A stretch of DNA of 64,000 bases from Eledone cirrhosa (taxonomy: Eukaryota): contig OZ024744.1 of the NCBI GenBank assembly GCA_964016885.1, positions 110,174,001 to 110,238,000 of the forward strand, read 5' to 3'. This document shows positions 14,150 through 30,900 of this stretch, one piece after another. The position numbers and the translations under genes are program-made. Every line of letters starts with the position of its first letter. Position 1 is the stretch's first letter. Under the pieces are notes generated by a model. That model had not been told where the DNA came from and did no database searches. It worked only from the letters and a program-made list of their open reading frames with translations.

Positions 14150-17100
14150 ATAATTTACCTTGCCCTGAACACAGTAAAACTACACAATCCACTATAACTG
14201 ACCTTGGTCTGAACACAGTAAAACTACACAATCCACTATAACTTACCTTGCTCTGAACACAGTAAAACTACACAATCCACTATAACTTACCTTGCCCTGA
14301 ACACAGTAAAACTACACAATCCACTGTAACTTACCTTGCCCTGAACACAGTAAAAGTACACAATGTTCTATAACTTACCTTGCCCTGAATACAGTAAAAC
14401 TACACAATCCCCTATACCTTACCTTGCTCTGAACACAGTAAAACTACACAATCCACTATAACTTACCTTGCCCTGAACACAGTAAAACTACACAATCCAC
14501 TATAACTTAAATTGCCCTGAACTCTGTAAAACTACATAATCCACTGTAACTTACCTTGCCCTGAACACAGTAAAAGTACACAACCCACTATAACTTACCT
14601 TGCTCTGAACACAGCAAAACTACACAATCCACTATAACTTACCTTGCCCTGAACACAGTAAAACTACACAATCCACTATAACTTACCTTGCCCTGAACAC
14701 AGTAAAAGTACATAATCCACTATAACTTAACTTGCTCTGAACACAGTATAACTTACCTTGCTCTGAACACAGTACAACTACACGATCCAATTTAACTTAC
14801 CTTGCATTGAACACAGTAAAACTACACAATCCACTATAACTTACCTTGCTCTGAACACAGTAAAACTAGATAATCCACTATAACTTACCTTGCCCTGAAC
14901 ACAGTAAAACTAACACAATCCACTAAAACGTACGTTGCCCTGAACACAGTAAAACTACACAATCCACTATAAATTACGTTTCCATGAACATACTAAAACT
15001 ACACAATCTTCTATAACTTAACTTGCCCTGAACACAGTAAAACTACACAATCCACTATAACTTACCTTGCCCTGAACACAGTAAAACTACACAATCCACT
15101 ATAACTTACCTTGCCCTGAACACAGTAATACTACACAACCCACTATAACTTACCTTGCCCTGAACACAGTAAAACTACACAATCCACTATAACTTACCTT
15201 GCCCTGAACACTGTAAAACTACATAATCCACTATAACTTACCTTGCCCTGAAACAGTAAAACTACACAAACCACTATAACTTACCTTGCCCTGAACACAG
15301 TAAAACTACACAATCCACTATAACTTACCTTGCCCTGAACACAGTAAAACTACACAATCCACTATAACTTACCTTGCCCTGAACACAGTAAAACTACACG
15401 ATCCACTATAACTTACCTTGCCCTGAACACAGTAAAACTACACAATCCACTATAAATTACGTTGCCCTGAACACAGTAAGACTACACAATCTTCTATAAC
15501 TTACCTTGCCCTGAACACAGTAAAACTACACAATCCACTATAACTTACCTTGCCCTGAACACAGTAAAACTACACAATCCACTATAACTTACCTTGCCCT
15601 GAACACAGTAAAACTACATAATCCACTATAACTTACCTTGCCCTGAACACAGTAAAACTACACAATCCACTATAACTTACCTTGCCCTGAACACAGTAAA
15701 ACTACACAATCCACTATAATTTACCTTGCCCTGAACACAGTAAAACTACACAATCCACTATAACTGACCTTGGTCTGAACACAGTAAAACTACACAATCC
15801 ACTATAACTTACCTTGCTCTGAACACAGTAAAACTACACAATCCACTATAACTTACCTTGCCCTGAACACAGTAAAACTACACAATCCACTGTAACTTAC
15901 CTTGCCCTGAACACAGTAAAAGTACACAATCTTCTATAACTTACCTTGCCCTGAATACAGTAAAACTACACAATCCCCTATACCTTACCTTGCTCTGAAC
16001 ACAGTAAAACTACACAATCCACTATAACTTACCTTGCCCTGAACACAGTAAAACTACACAATCCACTATAACTTAAATTGCCCTGAACTCTGTAAAACTA
16101 CATAATCCACTGTAACTTACCTTGCCCTGAACACAGTAAAAGTACACAACCCACTATAACTTACCTTGCTCTGAACACAGCAAAACTACACAATCCACTA
16201 TAACTTACCTTGCCCTGAACACAGTAAAACTACACAATCCACTATAACTTACCTTGCCCTGAACACAGTAAAAGTACATAATCCACTATAACTTAACTTG
16301 CTCTGAACACAGTATAACTTACCTTGCTCTGAACACAGTAAAACTACACGATCCAATTTAACTTACCTTGCATTGAACACAGTAAAACTACACAATCCAC
16401 TATAACTTACCTTGCTCTGAACACAGTAAAACTACATAATCCACTATAACTTACCTTGCCCTGAACACAGTAAAACTAACACAATCCACTAAAACGTACG
16501 TTGCCCTGAACATAGTAAAACTACACAATCCACTATAAATTACGTTTCCATGAACATACTAAAACTACACAATCTTCTATAACTTAACTTGCCCTGAACA
16601 CAGTAAAACTACACAATCCACTATAACTTACATTGCCCTGAACACAGTAAAACTACACAATCCACTATAACTTACCTTGCCCTGAACACAGTAATACTAC
16701 ACAACCCACTATAACTTACCTTGCCCTGAACACAGTAAAACTACACAATCCACTATAACTTACCTTGCCCTGAACACAGTAAAACTACACAATCCACTTC
16801 AACTTACCTTGCTCTGAACACAGTAAAACTACACAATCCACTATAACTTACCTTGCCCTGAACATACTAAAACTACACAATCCACTATAACTTACCTTGC
16901 CCTGAACACAGTAAAACTACAAGATCCACTATAACTTACCTTGCTCTGAACACAGTAAAACTACACGATCCACTATAAATTACGTTGCCCTGAACACAGT
17001 AAGACTACACAATCTTCTATAACTTACCTTGCCCTGAACACAGTAAAACTACACAATCCACTATAACTTACCTTGCCCTGAACACAGTAAAACTACACAA

Positions 17101-20100
17101 TCCACTATAACTTACCTTGCCCTGAACACAGTAAAACTACATAATCCACTATAACTTACCTTGCCCTGAACACAGTAAAACTACACAATCCACTATAACT
17201 TACCTTGCCCTGAACACAGTAAAACAACACAATCCACTATAAATTACCTTGCCCTGAACACAGTAAAACTACACAATCCACTATAACTTACCTTGCCCTG
17301 AACACAGTAAAACTACACAATCCACTATAACTTACCTTGCCCTGAACACTGTAAAACTACATAATCCACTATAACTTACCTTGCCCTGAAACAGTAAAAC
17401 TACACAAACCACTATAACTTACCTTGCCCTGAACACAGTAAAACTACACAATCCACTATAACTTACCTTGCCCTGAACACAGTAAAACTACACAATCCAC
17501 TATAACTTACCTTGCCCTGAACACAGTAAAACTACACAATCCACTATAACTTACCTTGCCCTGAACACAGTAAAACTACACGATCCACTATAACTTACCT
17601 TGCCCTGAACACAGTAAAACTACACAATCCACTATAAATTACGTTGCCCTGAACACAGTAAGACTACACAATCTTCTATAACTTACCTTGCCCTGAACAC
17701 AGTAAAACTACACAATCCACTATAACTTACCTTGCCCTGAACACAGTAAAACTACACAATCCACTATAACTTACCTTGCCCTGAACACAGTAAAACTACA
17801 CAATCCACTATAACTTACCTTGCCCTGAACACAGTAAAACTACACAATCCACTATAACTTACCTTGCCCTGAACACAGTAAAACTACACGATCCACTATA
17901 ACTTACCTTGCCCTGAACACAGTAAAACTACACAATCCACTATAAATTACGTTGCCCTGAACACAGTAAGACTACACAATCTTCTATAACTTACCTTGCC
18001 CTGAACACAGTAAAACTACACAATCCACTATAACTTACCTTGCCCTGAACACAGTAAAACTACACAATCCACTATAACTTACCTTGCCCTGAACACAGTA
18101 AAACTACATAATCCACTATAACTTACCTTGCCCTGAACACAGTAAAACTACACAATCCACTATAACTTACCTTGCCCTGAACACAGTAAAACTACACAAT
18201 CCACTATAATTTACCTTGCCCTGAACACAGTAAAACTACACAATCCACTATAACTGACCTTGGTCTGAACACAGTAAAACTACACAATCCACTATAACTT
18301 ACCTTGCTCTGAACACAGTAAAACTACACAATCCACTATAACTTACCTTGCCCTGAACACAGTAAAACTACACAATCCACTGTAACTTACCTTGCCCTGA
18401 ACACAGTAAAAGTACACAATCTTCTATAACTTACCTTGCCCTGAATACAGTAAAACTACACAATCCCCTATACCTTACCTTGCTCTGAACACAGTAAAAC
18501 TACACAATCCACTATAACTTACCTTGCCCTGAACACAGTAAAACTACACAATCCACTATAACTTAAATTGCCCTGAACTCTGTAAAACTACATAATCCAC
18601 TGTAACTTACCTTGCCCTGAGCACAGTAAAAGTACACAACCCACTATAACTTACCTTGCTCTGAACACAGCAAAACTACACAATCCACTATAACTTACCT
18701 TGCCCTGAACACAGTAAAACTACCCAATCCACTATAACTTACCTTGCCCTGAACACAGTAAAAGTACATAATCCACTATAACTTAACTTGCTCTGAACAC
18801 AGTATAACTTACCTTGCTCTGAACACAGTAAAACTACACGATCCAATTTAACTTACCTTGCATTGAACACAGTAAAACTACACAATCCACTATAACTTAC
18901 CTTGCTCTGAACACAGTAAAACTACATAATCCACTATAACTTACCTTGCCCTGAACACAGTAAAACTAACACAATCCACTAAAACGTACGTTGCCCTGAA
19001 CATAGTAAAACTACACAATCCACTATAAATTACGTTTCCATGAACATACTAAAACTACACAATCTTCTATAACTTAACTTGCCCTGAACACAGTAAAACT
19101 ACACAATCCACTATAACTTACCTTGCCCTGAACACAGTAAAACTACACAATCCACTATAACTTACCTTGCCCTGAACACAGTGATACTACACAACCCACT
19201 ATAACTTACCTTGCCCTGAACACAGTAAAACTACACAATCCACTATAACTTACCTTGCCCTGAACACAGTAAAACTACACAATCCACTTCAACTTACCTT
19301 GCTCTGAACACAGTAAAACTACACAATCCACTATAACTTACCTTGCCCTGAACATACTAAAACTACACAATCCACTATAACTTACCTTGCCCTGAACACA
19401 GTAAAACTACAAGATCCACTATAACTTACCTTGCTCTGAACACAGTAAAACTACACGATCCACTATAAATTACGTTGCCCTGAACACAGTAAGACTACAC
19501 AATCTTCTATAACTTACCTTGCCCTGAACACAGTAAAACTACACAATCCACTATAACTTACCTTGCCCTGAACACAGTAAAACTACACAATCCACTATAA
19601 CTTACCTTGCCCTGAACACAGTAAAACTACATAATCCACTATAACTTACCTTGCCCTGAACACAGTAAAACTACACAATCCACTATAACTTACCTTGCCC
19701 TGAACACAGTAAAACAACACAATCCACTATAAATTACCTTGCCCTGAACACAGTAAAACTACACAATCCACTATAACTTACCTTGCCCTGAACACAGTAA
19801 AACTACACAATCCACTATAACTTACCTTGCCCTGAACACTGTAAAACTACATAATCCACTATAACTTACCTTGCCCTGAAACAGTAAAACTACACAAACC
19901 ACTATAACTTACCTTGCCCTGAACACAGTAAAACTACACAATCCACTATAACTTACCTTGCCCTGAACACAGTAAAACTACACAATCCACTATAACTTAC
20001 CTTGCCCTGAACACAGTAAAACTACACAATCCACTATAACTTACCTTGCCCTGAACACAGTAAAACTACACGATCCACTATAACTTACCTTGCCCTGAAC

Positions 20101-23100
20101 ACAGTAAAACTACACAATCCACTATAAATTACGTTGCCCTGAACACAGTAAGACTACACAATCTTCTATAACTTACCTTGCCCTGAACACAGTAAAACTA
20201 CACAATCCACTATAACTTACCTTGCCCTGAACACAGTAAAACTACACAATCCACTATAACTTACCTTGCCCTGAACACAGTAAAACTACATAATCCACTA
20301 TAACTTACCTTGCCCTGAACACAGTAAAACTACACAATCCACTATAACTTACCTTGCCCTGAACACACTAAAACTACACAATCCACTATAATTTACCTTG
20401 CCCTGAACACAGTAAAACTACACAATCCACTATAACTGACCTTGGTCTGAACACAGTAAAACTACACAATCCACTATAACTTACCTTGCTCTGAACACAG
20501 TAAAACTACACAATCCACTATAACTTACCTTGCCCTGAACACAGTAAAACTACACAATCCACTGTAACTTACCTTGCCCTGAACACAGTAAAAGTACACA
20601 ATCTTCTATAACTTACCTTGCCCTGAATACAGTAAAACTACACAATCACCTATACCTTACCTTGCTCTGAACACAGTAAAACTACACAATCCACTATAAC
20701 TTACCTTGCCCTGAACACAGTAAAACTACACAATCCACTATAACTTAAATTGCCCTGAACTCTGTAAAACTACATAATCCACTGTAACTTACCTTGCCCT
20801 GAACACAGTAAAAGTACACAACCCACTATAACTTACCTTGCTCTGAACACAGCAAAACTACACAATCCACTATAACTTACCTTGCCCTGAACACAGTAAA
20901 ACTACACAATCCACTATAACTTACCTTGCCCTGAACACAGTAAAAGTACATAATCCACTATAACTTAACTTGCTCTGAACACAGTATAACTTACCTTGCT
21001 CTGAACACAGTAAAACTACACGATCCAATTTAACTTACCTTGCATTGAACACAGTAAAACTACACAATCCACTATAACTTACCTTGCTCTGAACACAGTA
21101 AAACTACATAATCCACTATAACTTACCTTGCCCTGAACACAGTAAAACTAACACAATCCACTAAAACGTACGTTGCCCTGAACACAGTAAAACTACACAA
21201 TCCACTATAAATTACGTTTCCATGAACATACTAAAACTACACAATCTTCTATAACTTAACTTGCCCTGAACACAGTAAAACTACACAATCCACTATAACT
21301 TACCTTGCCCTGAACACAGTAAAACTACACAATCCACTATAACTTACCTTGCCCTGAACACAGTAATACTACACAACCCACTATAACTTACCTTGCCCTG
21401 AACACAGTAAAACTACACAATCCACTATAACTTACCTTGCCCTGAACACAGTAAAACTACACAATCCACTTCAACTTACCTTGCTCTGAACACAGTAAAA
21501 CTACACAATCCACTATAACTTACCTTGCCCTGAACATACTAAAACTACACAATCCACTATAACTTACCTTGCCCAGAACACAGTAAAACTACAAGATCCA
21601 CTATAACTTACCTTGATCTGAACACAGTAAAACTACACGATCCACTATAAATTACGTTGCCCTGAACACAGTAAGACTACACAATCTTCTATAACTTACC
21701 TTGCCCTGAACACAGTAAAACTACACAATCCACTATAACTTACCTTGCCCTGAACACAGTAAAACTACACAATCCACTATAACTTACCTTGCCCTGAACA
21801 CAGTAAAACTACATAATCCACTATAACTTACCTTGCCCTGAACACAGTAAAACTACACAATCCACTATAACTTACCTTGCCCTGAACACAGTAAAACAAC
21901 ACAATCCACTATAAATTACCTTGCCCTGAACACAGTAAAACTACACAATCCACTATAACTTACCTTGCCCTGAACACAGTAAAACTACACAATCCACTAT
22001 AACTTACCTTGCCCTGAACACTGTAAAACTACATAATCCACTATAACTTACTTTGCCCTGAAACAGTAAAACTACACAAACCACTATAACTTACCTTGCC
22101 CTGAACACAGTAAAACTACACAATCCACTATAACTTACCTTGCCCTGAACACAGTAAAACTACACAATCCACTATAACTTACCTTGCCCTGAACACAGTA
22201 AAACTACACAATCCACTTCAACTTACCTTGCTCTGAACACAGTAAAACTACACAATCCACTATAACTTACCTTGCCCTGAACATACTAAAACTACACAAT
22301 CCACTATAACTTACCTTGCCCTGAACACAGTAAAACTACAAGATCCACTATAACTTACCTTGCTCTGAACACAGTAAAACTACACGATCCACTATAAATT
22401 ACGTTGCCCTGAACACAGTAAGACTACACAATCTTCTATAACTTACCTTGCCCTGAACACAGTAAAACTACACAATCCACTATAACTTACCTTGCCCTGA
22501 ACACAGTAAAACTACACAATCCACTATAACTTACCTTGCCCTGAACACAGTAAAACTACATAATCCACTATAACTTACCTTGCCCTGAACACAGTAAAAC
22601 TACACAATCCACTATAACTTACCTTGCCCTGAACACAGTAAAACAACACAATCCACTATAAATTACCTTGCCCTGAACACAGTAAAACTACACAATCCAC
22701 TATAACTTACCTTGCCCTGAACACAGTAAAACTACACAATCCACTATAACTTACCTTGCCCTGAACACTGTAAAACTACATAATCCACTATAACTTACCT
22801 TGCCCTGAAACAGTAAAACTACACAAACCACTATAACTTACCTTGCCCTGAACACAGTAAAACTACACAATCCACTATAACTTACCTTGCCCTGAACACA
22901 GTAAAACTACACAATCCACTATAACTTACCTTGCCCTGAACACAGTAAAACTACACAATCCACTATAACTTACCTTGCCCTGAACACAGTAAAACTACAC
23001 GATCCACTATAACTTACCTTGCCCTGAACACAGTAAAACTACACAATCCACTATAAATTACGTTGCCCTGAACACAGTAAGACTACACAATCTTCTATAA

Positions 23101-25100
23101 CTTACCTTGCCCTGAACACAGTAAAACTACACAATCCACTATAACTTACCTTGCCCTGAACACAGTAAAACTACACAATCCACTATAACTTACCTTGCCC
23201 TGAACACAGTAAAACTACATAATCCACTATAACTTACCTTGCCCTGAACACAGTAAAACTACACAATCCACTATAACTTACCTTGCCCTGAACACACTAA
23301 AACTACACAATCCACTATAATTTACCTTGCCCTGAACACAGTAAAACTACACAATCCACTATAACTGACCTTGGTCTGAACACAGTAAAACTACACAATC
23401 CACTATAACTTACCTTGCTCTGAACACAGTAAAACTACACAATCCACTATAACTTACCTTGCCCTGAACACAGTAAAACTACACAATCCACTGTAACTTA
23501 CCTTGCCCTGAACACAGTAAAAGTACACAATCTTCTATAACTTACCTTGCCCTGAATACAGTAAAACTACACAATCACCTATACCTTACCTTGCTCTGAA
23601 CACAGTAAAACTACACAATCCACTATAACTTACCTTGCCCTGAACACAGTAAAACTACACAATCCACTATAACTTAAATTGCCCTGAACTCTGTAAAACT
23701 ACATAATCCACTGTAACTTACCTTGCCCTGAACACAGTAAAAGTACACAACCCACTATAACTTACCTTGCTCTGAACACAGCAAAACTACACAATCCACT
23801 ATAACTTACCTTGCCCTGAACACAGTAAAACTACACAATCCACTATAACTTACCTTGCCCTGAACACAGTAAAAGTACATAATCCACTATAACTTAACTT
23901 GCTCTGAACACAGTATAACTTACCTTGCTCTGAACACAGTAAAACTACACGATCCAATTTAACTTACCTTGCATTGAACACAGTAAAACTACACAATCCA
24001 CTATAACTTACCTTGCTCTGAACACAGTAAAACTACATAATCCACTATAACTTACCTTGCCCTGAACACAGTAAAACTAACACAATCCACTAAAACGTAC
24101 GTTGCCCTGAACACAGTAAAACTACACAATCCACTATAAATTACGTTTCCATGAACATACTAAAACTACACAATCTTCTATAACTTAACTTGCCCTGAAC
24201 ACAGTAAAACTACACAATCCACTATAACTTATCTTGCCCTGAACACAGTAAAACTACACAATCCACTATAACTTACCTTGCCCTGAACACAGTAATACTA
24301 CACAACCCACTATAACTTACCTTGCCCTGAACACAGTAAAACTACACAATCCACTATAACTTACCTTGCCCTGAACACAGTAAAACTACACAATCCACTT
24401 CAACTTACCTTGCTCTGAACACAGTAAAACTACACAATCCACTATAACTTACCTTGCCCTGAACATACTAAAACTACACAATCCACTATAACTTACCTTG
24501 CCCAGAACACAGTAAAACTACAAGATCCACTATAACTTACCTTGATCTGAACACAGTAAAACTACACGATCCACTATAAATTACGTTGCCCTGAACACAG
24601 TAAGACTACACAATCTTCTATAACTTACCTTGCCCTGAACACAGTAAAACTACACAATCCACTATAACTTACCTTGCCCTGAACACAGTAAAACTACACA
24701 ATCCACTATAACTTACCTTGCCCTGAACACAGTAAAACTACATAATCCACTATAACTTACCTTGCCCTGAACACAGTAAAACTACACAATCCACTATAAC
24801 TTACCTTGCCCTGAACACAGTAAAACAACACAATCCACTATAAATTACCTTGCCCTGAACACAGTAAAACTACACAATCCACTATAACTTACCTTGCCCT
24901 GAACACAGTAAAACTACACAATCCACTATAACTTACCTTGCCCTGAACACTGTAAAACTACATAATCCACTATAACTTACTTTGCCCTGAAACAGTAAAA
25001 CTACACAAACCACTATAACTTACCTTGCCCTGAACACAGTAAAACTACACAATCCACTATAACTTACCTTGCCCTGAACACAGTAAAACTACACAATCCA
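14150..25100. repeat. Five copies of a shared variant cassette with variable spacing (1566, 2490, 2182, 2929 bp)
   Basis: Marker ACTCTGTAAAA at 14521, 16087, 18577, 20759 and 23688, each followed by a 26-bp monomer, CTAAAACGTACGTTG and TACGTTTCCATG. The last pair also shares CACAATCACC (20641/23570) and GCCCAGAAC (21571/24500). Confidence 0.85.
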
Positions 25101-27920
25101 CTATAACTTACCTTGCCCTGAACACAGTAAAACTACACAATCCATAATAACTTACCTTGCCCTGAACACAGTAAAACTACACGATCCACTATAACTTACC
25201 TTGCCCTGAACACAGTAAAACTACACAATCCACAATAAATTACGTTGCCCTGAACACAGTAAGACTACACAATCTTCTATAACTTACCTTGCCCTGAACA
25301 CAGTAAAACTACACAATCCACTATAACTTACCTTGCCCTGAACACAGTAAAACTACACAATCCACTATAACTTACCTTGCCCTGAACACAGTAAAACTAC
25401 ATAATCCACTATAACTTACCTTGCCCTGAACACAGTAAAACTACACAATCCACTATAACTTACCTTGCCCTGAACACAGTAAAACAACACAATCCACTAT
25501 AAATTACCTTGCCCTGAACACAGTAAAACTACACAATCCACTATAACTTACCTTGCCCTGAACACAGTAAAACTACACAATCCACTATAACTTACCTTGC
25601 CCTGAACACTGTAAAACTACATAATCCACTATAACTTACCTTGCCCTGAAATAGTAAAACTACACAAACCACTATAACTTACCTTGCCCTGAACACAGTA
25701 AAACTACACAATCCACTATAACTTACCTTGCCCTGAACACAGTAAAACTACACGATCCACTATAACTTACCTTGCCCTGAACACAGTAAATCTACACAAT
25801 CCACTATAACTTACCTTGTCCTGAACACACTAAAACTACACAATCCACTATAACTTACCTTGTCCTGAACACACTAAAACTACACAATCCACTATAACTT
25901 AACTGGCCCTGAACACAGTAAAACTACACAATTCACTATAACTTAGCTTGCACTGAACACAGTAAAACTACACAATCCACTATAACTTACCTTGCTCTGA
26001 ACACAGTAAAACTACACAATCCACTATAACTTACCTTGCTCTGAGCACAGTAAAACTACACAATCCACTATAACTTACCTTGCCCTGAACACAGTAAAAC
26101 TACACAATCCACTATAACTTACCTTGCCCTGAACACAGTAATACTACACAACCCACTATAACTTACCTTGCCCTGAACACAGTAAAACTACACAATCCAC
26201 TATAACTTACCTTGCCCTGAACACAGTAAAACTACACAATCCACTTCAACTTACCTTGCTCTGAACACAGTAAAACTACACAATCCACTATAACTTACCT
26301 TGCCCTGAACATACTAAAACTACACAATCCACTATAACTTACCTTGCCCTGAACACAGTAAAACTACAAGATCCACTATAACTTACCTTGATCTGAACAC
26401 AGTAAAACTACACGATCCACTATAAATTACGTTGCCCTGAACACAGTAAGACTACACAATCTTCTATAACTTACCTTGCCCTGAACACAGTAAAACTACA
26501 CAATCCACTATAACTTACCTTGCCCTGAACACAGTAAAACTACACAATCCACTATAACTTACCTTGCCCTGAACACAGTAAAACTACATAATCCACTATA
26601 ACTTACCTTGCCCTGAACACAGTAAAACTACACAATCCACTATAACTTACCTTGCCCTGAACACAGTAAAACAACACAATCCACTATAAATTACCTTGCC
26701 CTGAACACAGTAAAACTACACAATCCACTATAACTTACCTTGCCCTGAACACAGTAAAACTACACAATCCACTATAACTTACCTTGCCCTGAACACTGTA
26801 AAACTACATAATCCACTATAACTTACCTTGCCCTGAAACAGTAAAACTACACAAACCACTATAACTTACCTTGCCCTGAACACAGTAAAACTACACAATC
26901 CACTATAACTTACCTTGCCCTGAACACAGTAAAACTACACAATCCACTATAACTTACCTTGCCCTGAACACAGTAAAACTACACAATCCACTATAACTTA
27001 CCTTGCCCTGAACACAGTAAAACTACACGATCCACTATAACTTACCTTGCCCTGAACACAGTAAAACTACACAATCCACTATAAATTACGTTGCCCTGAA
27101 CACAGTAAGACTACACAATCTTCTATAACTTACCTTGCCCTGAACACAGTAAAACTACACAATCCACTATAACTTACCTTGCCCTGAACACAGTAAAACT
27201 ACACAATCCACTATAACTTACCTTGCCCTGAACACAGTAAAACTACATAATCCACTATAACTTACCTTGCCCTGAACACAGTAAAACTACACAATCCACT
27301 ATAACTTACCTTGCCCTGAACACAGTAAAACAACACAATCCACTATAAATTACCTTGCCCTGAACACAGTAAAACTACACAATCCACTATAACTTACCTT
27401 GCCCTGAACACAGTAAAACTACACAATCCACTATAACTTACCTTGCCCTGAACACTGTAAAACTACATAATCCACTATAACTTACCTTGCCCTGAAATAG
27501 TAAAACTACACAAACCACTATAACTTACCTTGCCCTGAACACAGTAAAACTACACAATCCACTATAACTTACCTTGCCCTGAACACAGTAAAACTACACG
27601 ATCCACTATAACTTACCTTGCCCTGAACACAGTAAATCTACACAATCCACTATAACTTACCTTGTCCTGAACACACTAAAACTACACAATCCACTATAAC
27701 TTACCTTGTCCTGAACACACTAAAACTACACAATCCACTATAACTTAACTGGCCCTGAACACAGTAAAACTACACAATCCACTATAACTTAGCTTGCACT
27801 GAACACAGTAAAACTACACAATCCACTATAACTTACCTTGCTCTGAACACAGTAAAACTACACAATCCACTATAACTTACCTTGCTCTGAGCACAGTAAA
27901 ACTACACAATCCACTATAAC
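24230..27920. repeat. Tandem duplication with 1846-bp unit (about 42 monomers)
   Basis: ATCTGAAC at 24545/26391, TTGCCCTGAAATAG at 25641/27487, TCTACACAAT at 25791/27637, all at offset 1846. Confidence 0.85.
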
Positions 27921-30900
27921 TTACCTTGCTCTGAACACAGTAAAACTAAATAATCAACTATAACTTACCTTGCTCTGAACACAGTGAAACTACACAATCC
28001 ACTATAACTTACCTTGCCCTGAACACAGTGAAACTACGTAATCCACTATAACTTACCTTGCTCTGAACACAGTAAAACTACACAATCCACTATAACTTAC
28101 CTTGCCCTGAACACAGTAAAACTACGTAATCCACTATAACTTACCTTGCCCTGAACACAGTAAAACTACACAATCCACTATAACTTAACTGGCCCTGAAC
28201 ACAGTAAAACTACACTATCACTATAGCTTACCTTGCCCTGAACACAGTAAAACTACACAATCCACTATAACTTAAATTGCCCTGAACTCAGTAAAACTAC
28301 ATAATCCACTGTAATTTACCTTGCCCTGAACACAGTAAAACTACACAACCCACTATAACATACCTTGCTCTGAACACAGTAAAACTACACAATCCACTAT
28401 AACTTACCTTGCCCTGAACACAGTAAAAGTACATAATCCACTATAACTTACCTTGCCATGAACACAGTATAACTTACCTTGCTCTGAACACAGTAAAACT
28501 ACACAATCCACTATAACTTACCTTGCCCTGAACACACTAAAACTACACAATCTTCTATAACTTACCTTGCCTTGAACACAGTAAAACTACACAATCCACT
28601 ATAAATTACCTTGCTCTGAACACAGTAAAACTACACGATCCACTATAACTTACCTTGCCCTGAACACAGTAAAACTACACAATCCACTATAAATTACCTT
28701 GCTCTGAACACAGTAAAACTACACAATCCACTATAACTTACCTTGACCTGAAGACAGTAAAACTACACAATCCACTATAACTTAAATTGCCCTGAACTCA
28801 GTAAAACTACATAATCCACTGTAACTTACCTTGCCCTGAACACAGTATAACTTACCTTGCTCTGAACACAGTAAAACTACACAATCCACTTTAACTTACC
28901 TTGCTCTGAACACAGTAAAACTACACAATCCACTATAAATTACCTTGCCTTGAACACAGTAAAATTAGACAATCCACTATAACTAAACTTGCCCCGAACA
29001 CAGTAAAACTACACAATCCACTATAACTTACCTTGCTCTGAACACAGTAAAACTACACAATACACTATAACTTACCTTGCCCTGAACACAGTAAAACTAC
29101 GTAATCCACTATAACTTACCTTGCCTTGAACACAGTAAAACTACACAATCCACTATAATTTACCTTGCCCTGAACACAGTAAAACTACACAATCCACTAT
29201 AACTGACCTTGGTCTGAACACAGTAAAACTACACAATCCACTATAACTTACCTTGCTCTGAACACAGTAAAACTACACAATCCACTATAACTTACCTTGC
29301 CCTGAACACAGTAAAACTACACAATCCACCATAACTTACCTTGCCCTGAACACAGTAAAAGAGCACAATCTTCTATAACTTACCTTGCCCTGAATACAGT
29401 AAAACTACACAATCCCCTATACCTTACCTTGCTCTGAACACAGTAAAACTACATAATCCACTGTAACTTACCTTGCCCTGAACACAGTAAAAGTACACAA
29501 CCCACTATAACTTACCTTGCTCTGAACACAGCAAAACTACACAATCCACTATAACTTACCTTGCCCTGAACACAGTAAAACTACACAATCCACTATAACT
29601 TACCTTGCCCTGAACACAGTAAAAGTACATAATCCTCTATAACTTACCTTGCTCTGAACACAGTAAAACTACACAATCTTCTATAACTTAACTGGCCCTG
29701 AACACAGTAAAACTACACAATCACTATAGCTTACCTTGCCCTGAACACAGTAAAACTACACAATCCACTATAACTTAAATTGCCCTGAACTCAGTAAAAC
29801 TACATAATCCACTGTAATTTACCTTGCCCTGAACACAGTAAAACTACACAACCCACTATAGCATACCTTGCTCTGAACACAGTAAAACTACACAATCCAC
29901 TATAACTTACCTTGCCATGAACACAGTATAACTTACCTTGCTCTGAACACAGTAAAACTACACAATCCAATTTAACTTACCTTGCTCTGAACACAGTAAA
30001 ACTACACAATCCACTATAACTTACCTTGCTCTGAACACAGTAAAACTACACAATACACTATAACTTAACATGCTCGGAACACAGTAAAACTACACAACCC
30101 ACTATAACTTACCTTGCCCTGAACACAGTAAAACTACATAATCCACTATAACTTACCTTGCCCTGAACACAGTAAAACAACACAATCCACTATAAATTAC
30201 CATACCCTGAACACAGTAAAACTACACAATCCACTATAACTTACCTTGCCCTGAACACAGTAAAACTACACAATCCACTATAACTTACCTTGCCCTGAAC
30301 ACTGTAAAACTACATAATCCACTATAACTTACCTTGCCCTGAAACAGTAAAACTACACAAACCACTATAACTTACCTTTCACTGAACACAGTGAAACTAC
30401 ATAATCCACTATAATTTACCTTGCCCTGGACACAGTAAAAGTACATAATCCACTATAACTTACTTACCTTGCCCTGAACGCAGTGAAACTACACAATTCA
30501 CTATAACTTACCTTGCCCTGAACACAGTAAAACTACATAATCCACTATAACTTAACATGCTCGGAACACAGTAAAACTACACAACCCACTATAACTTACC
30601 TTGCCCTGAACACAGTAAAACTACACAATCCACTATAACTTACCTTGCCCTGAACACAGTAAAACTACACAATCCACTATAACTTACCTTGCCCTGAACA
30701 CAGTAAAACTACATAATCCACTATAACTTACCTTGCCCTGAACACAGTAAAACTACACAATCCACTATAACTTACCTTGCCCTGAACACAGTAAAACTAC
30801 ATAATCCACTATAACTTACCTTGCCCTGAACACAGTAAAACAACACAATCCACTATAAATTACCATACCCTGAACACAGTAAAACTACACAATCCACTAT

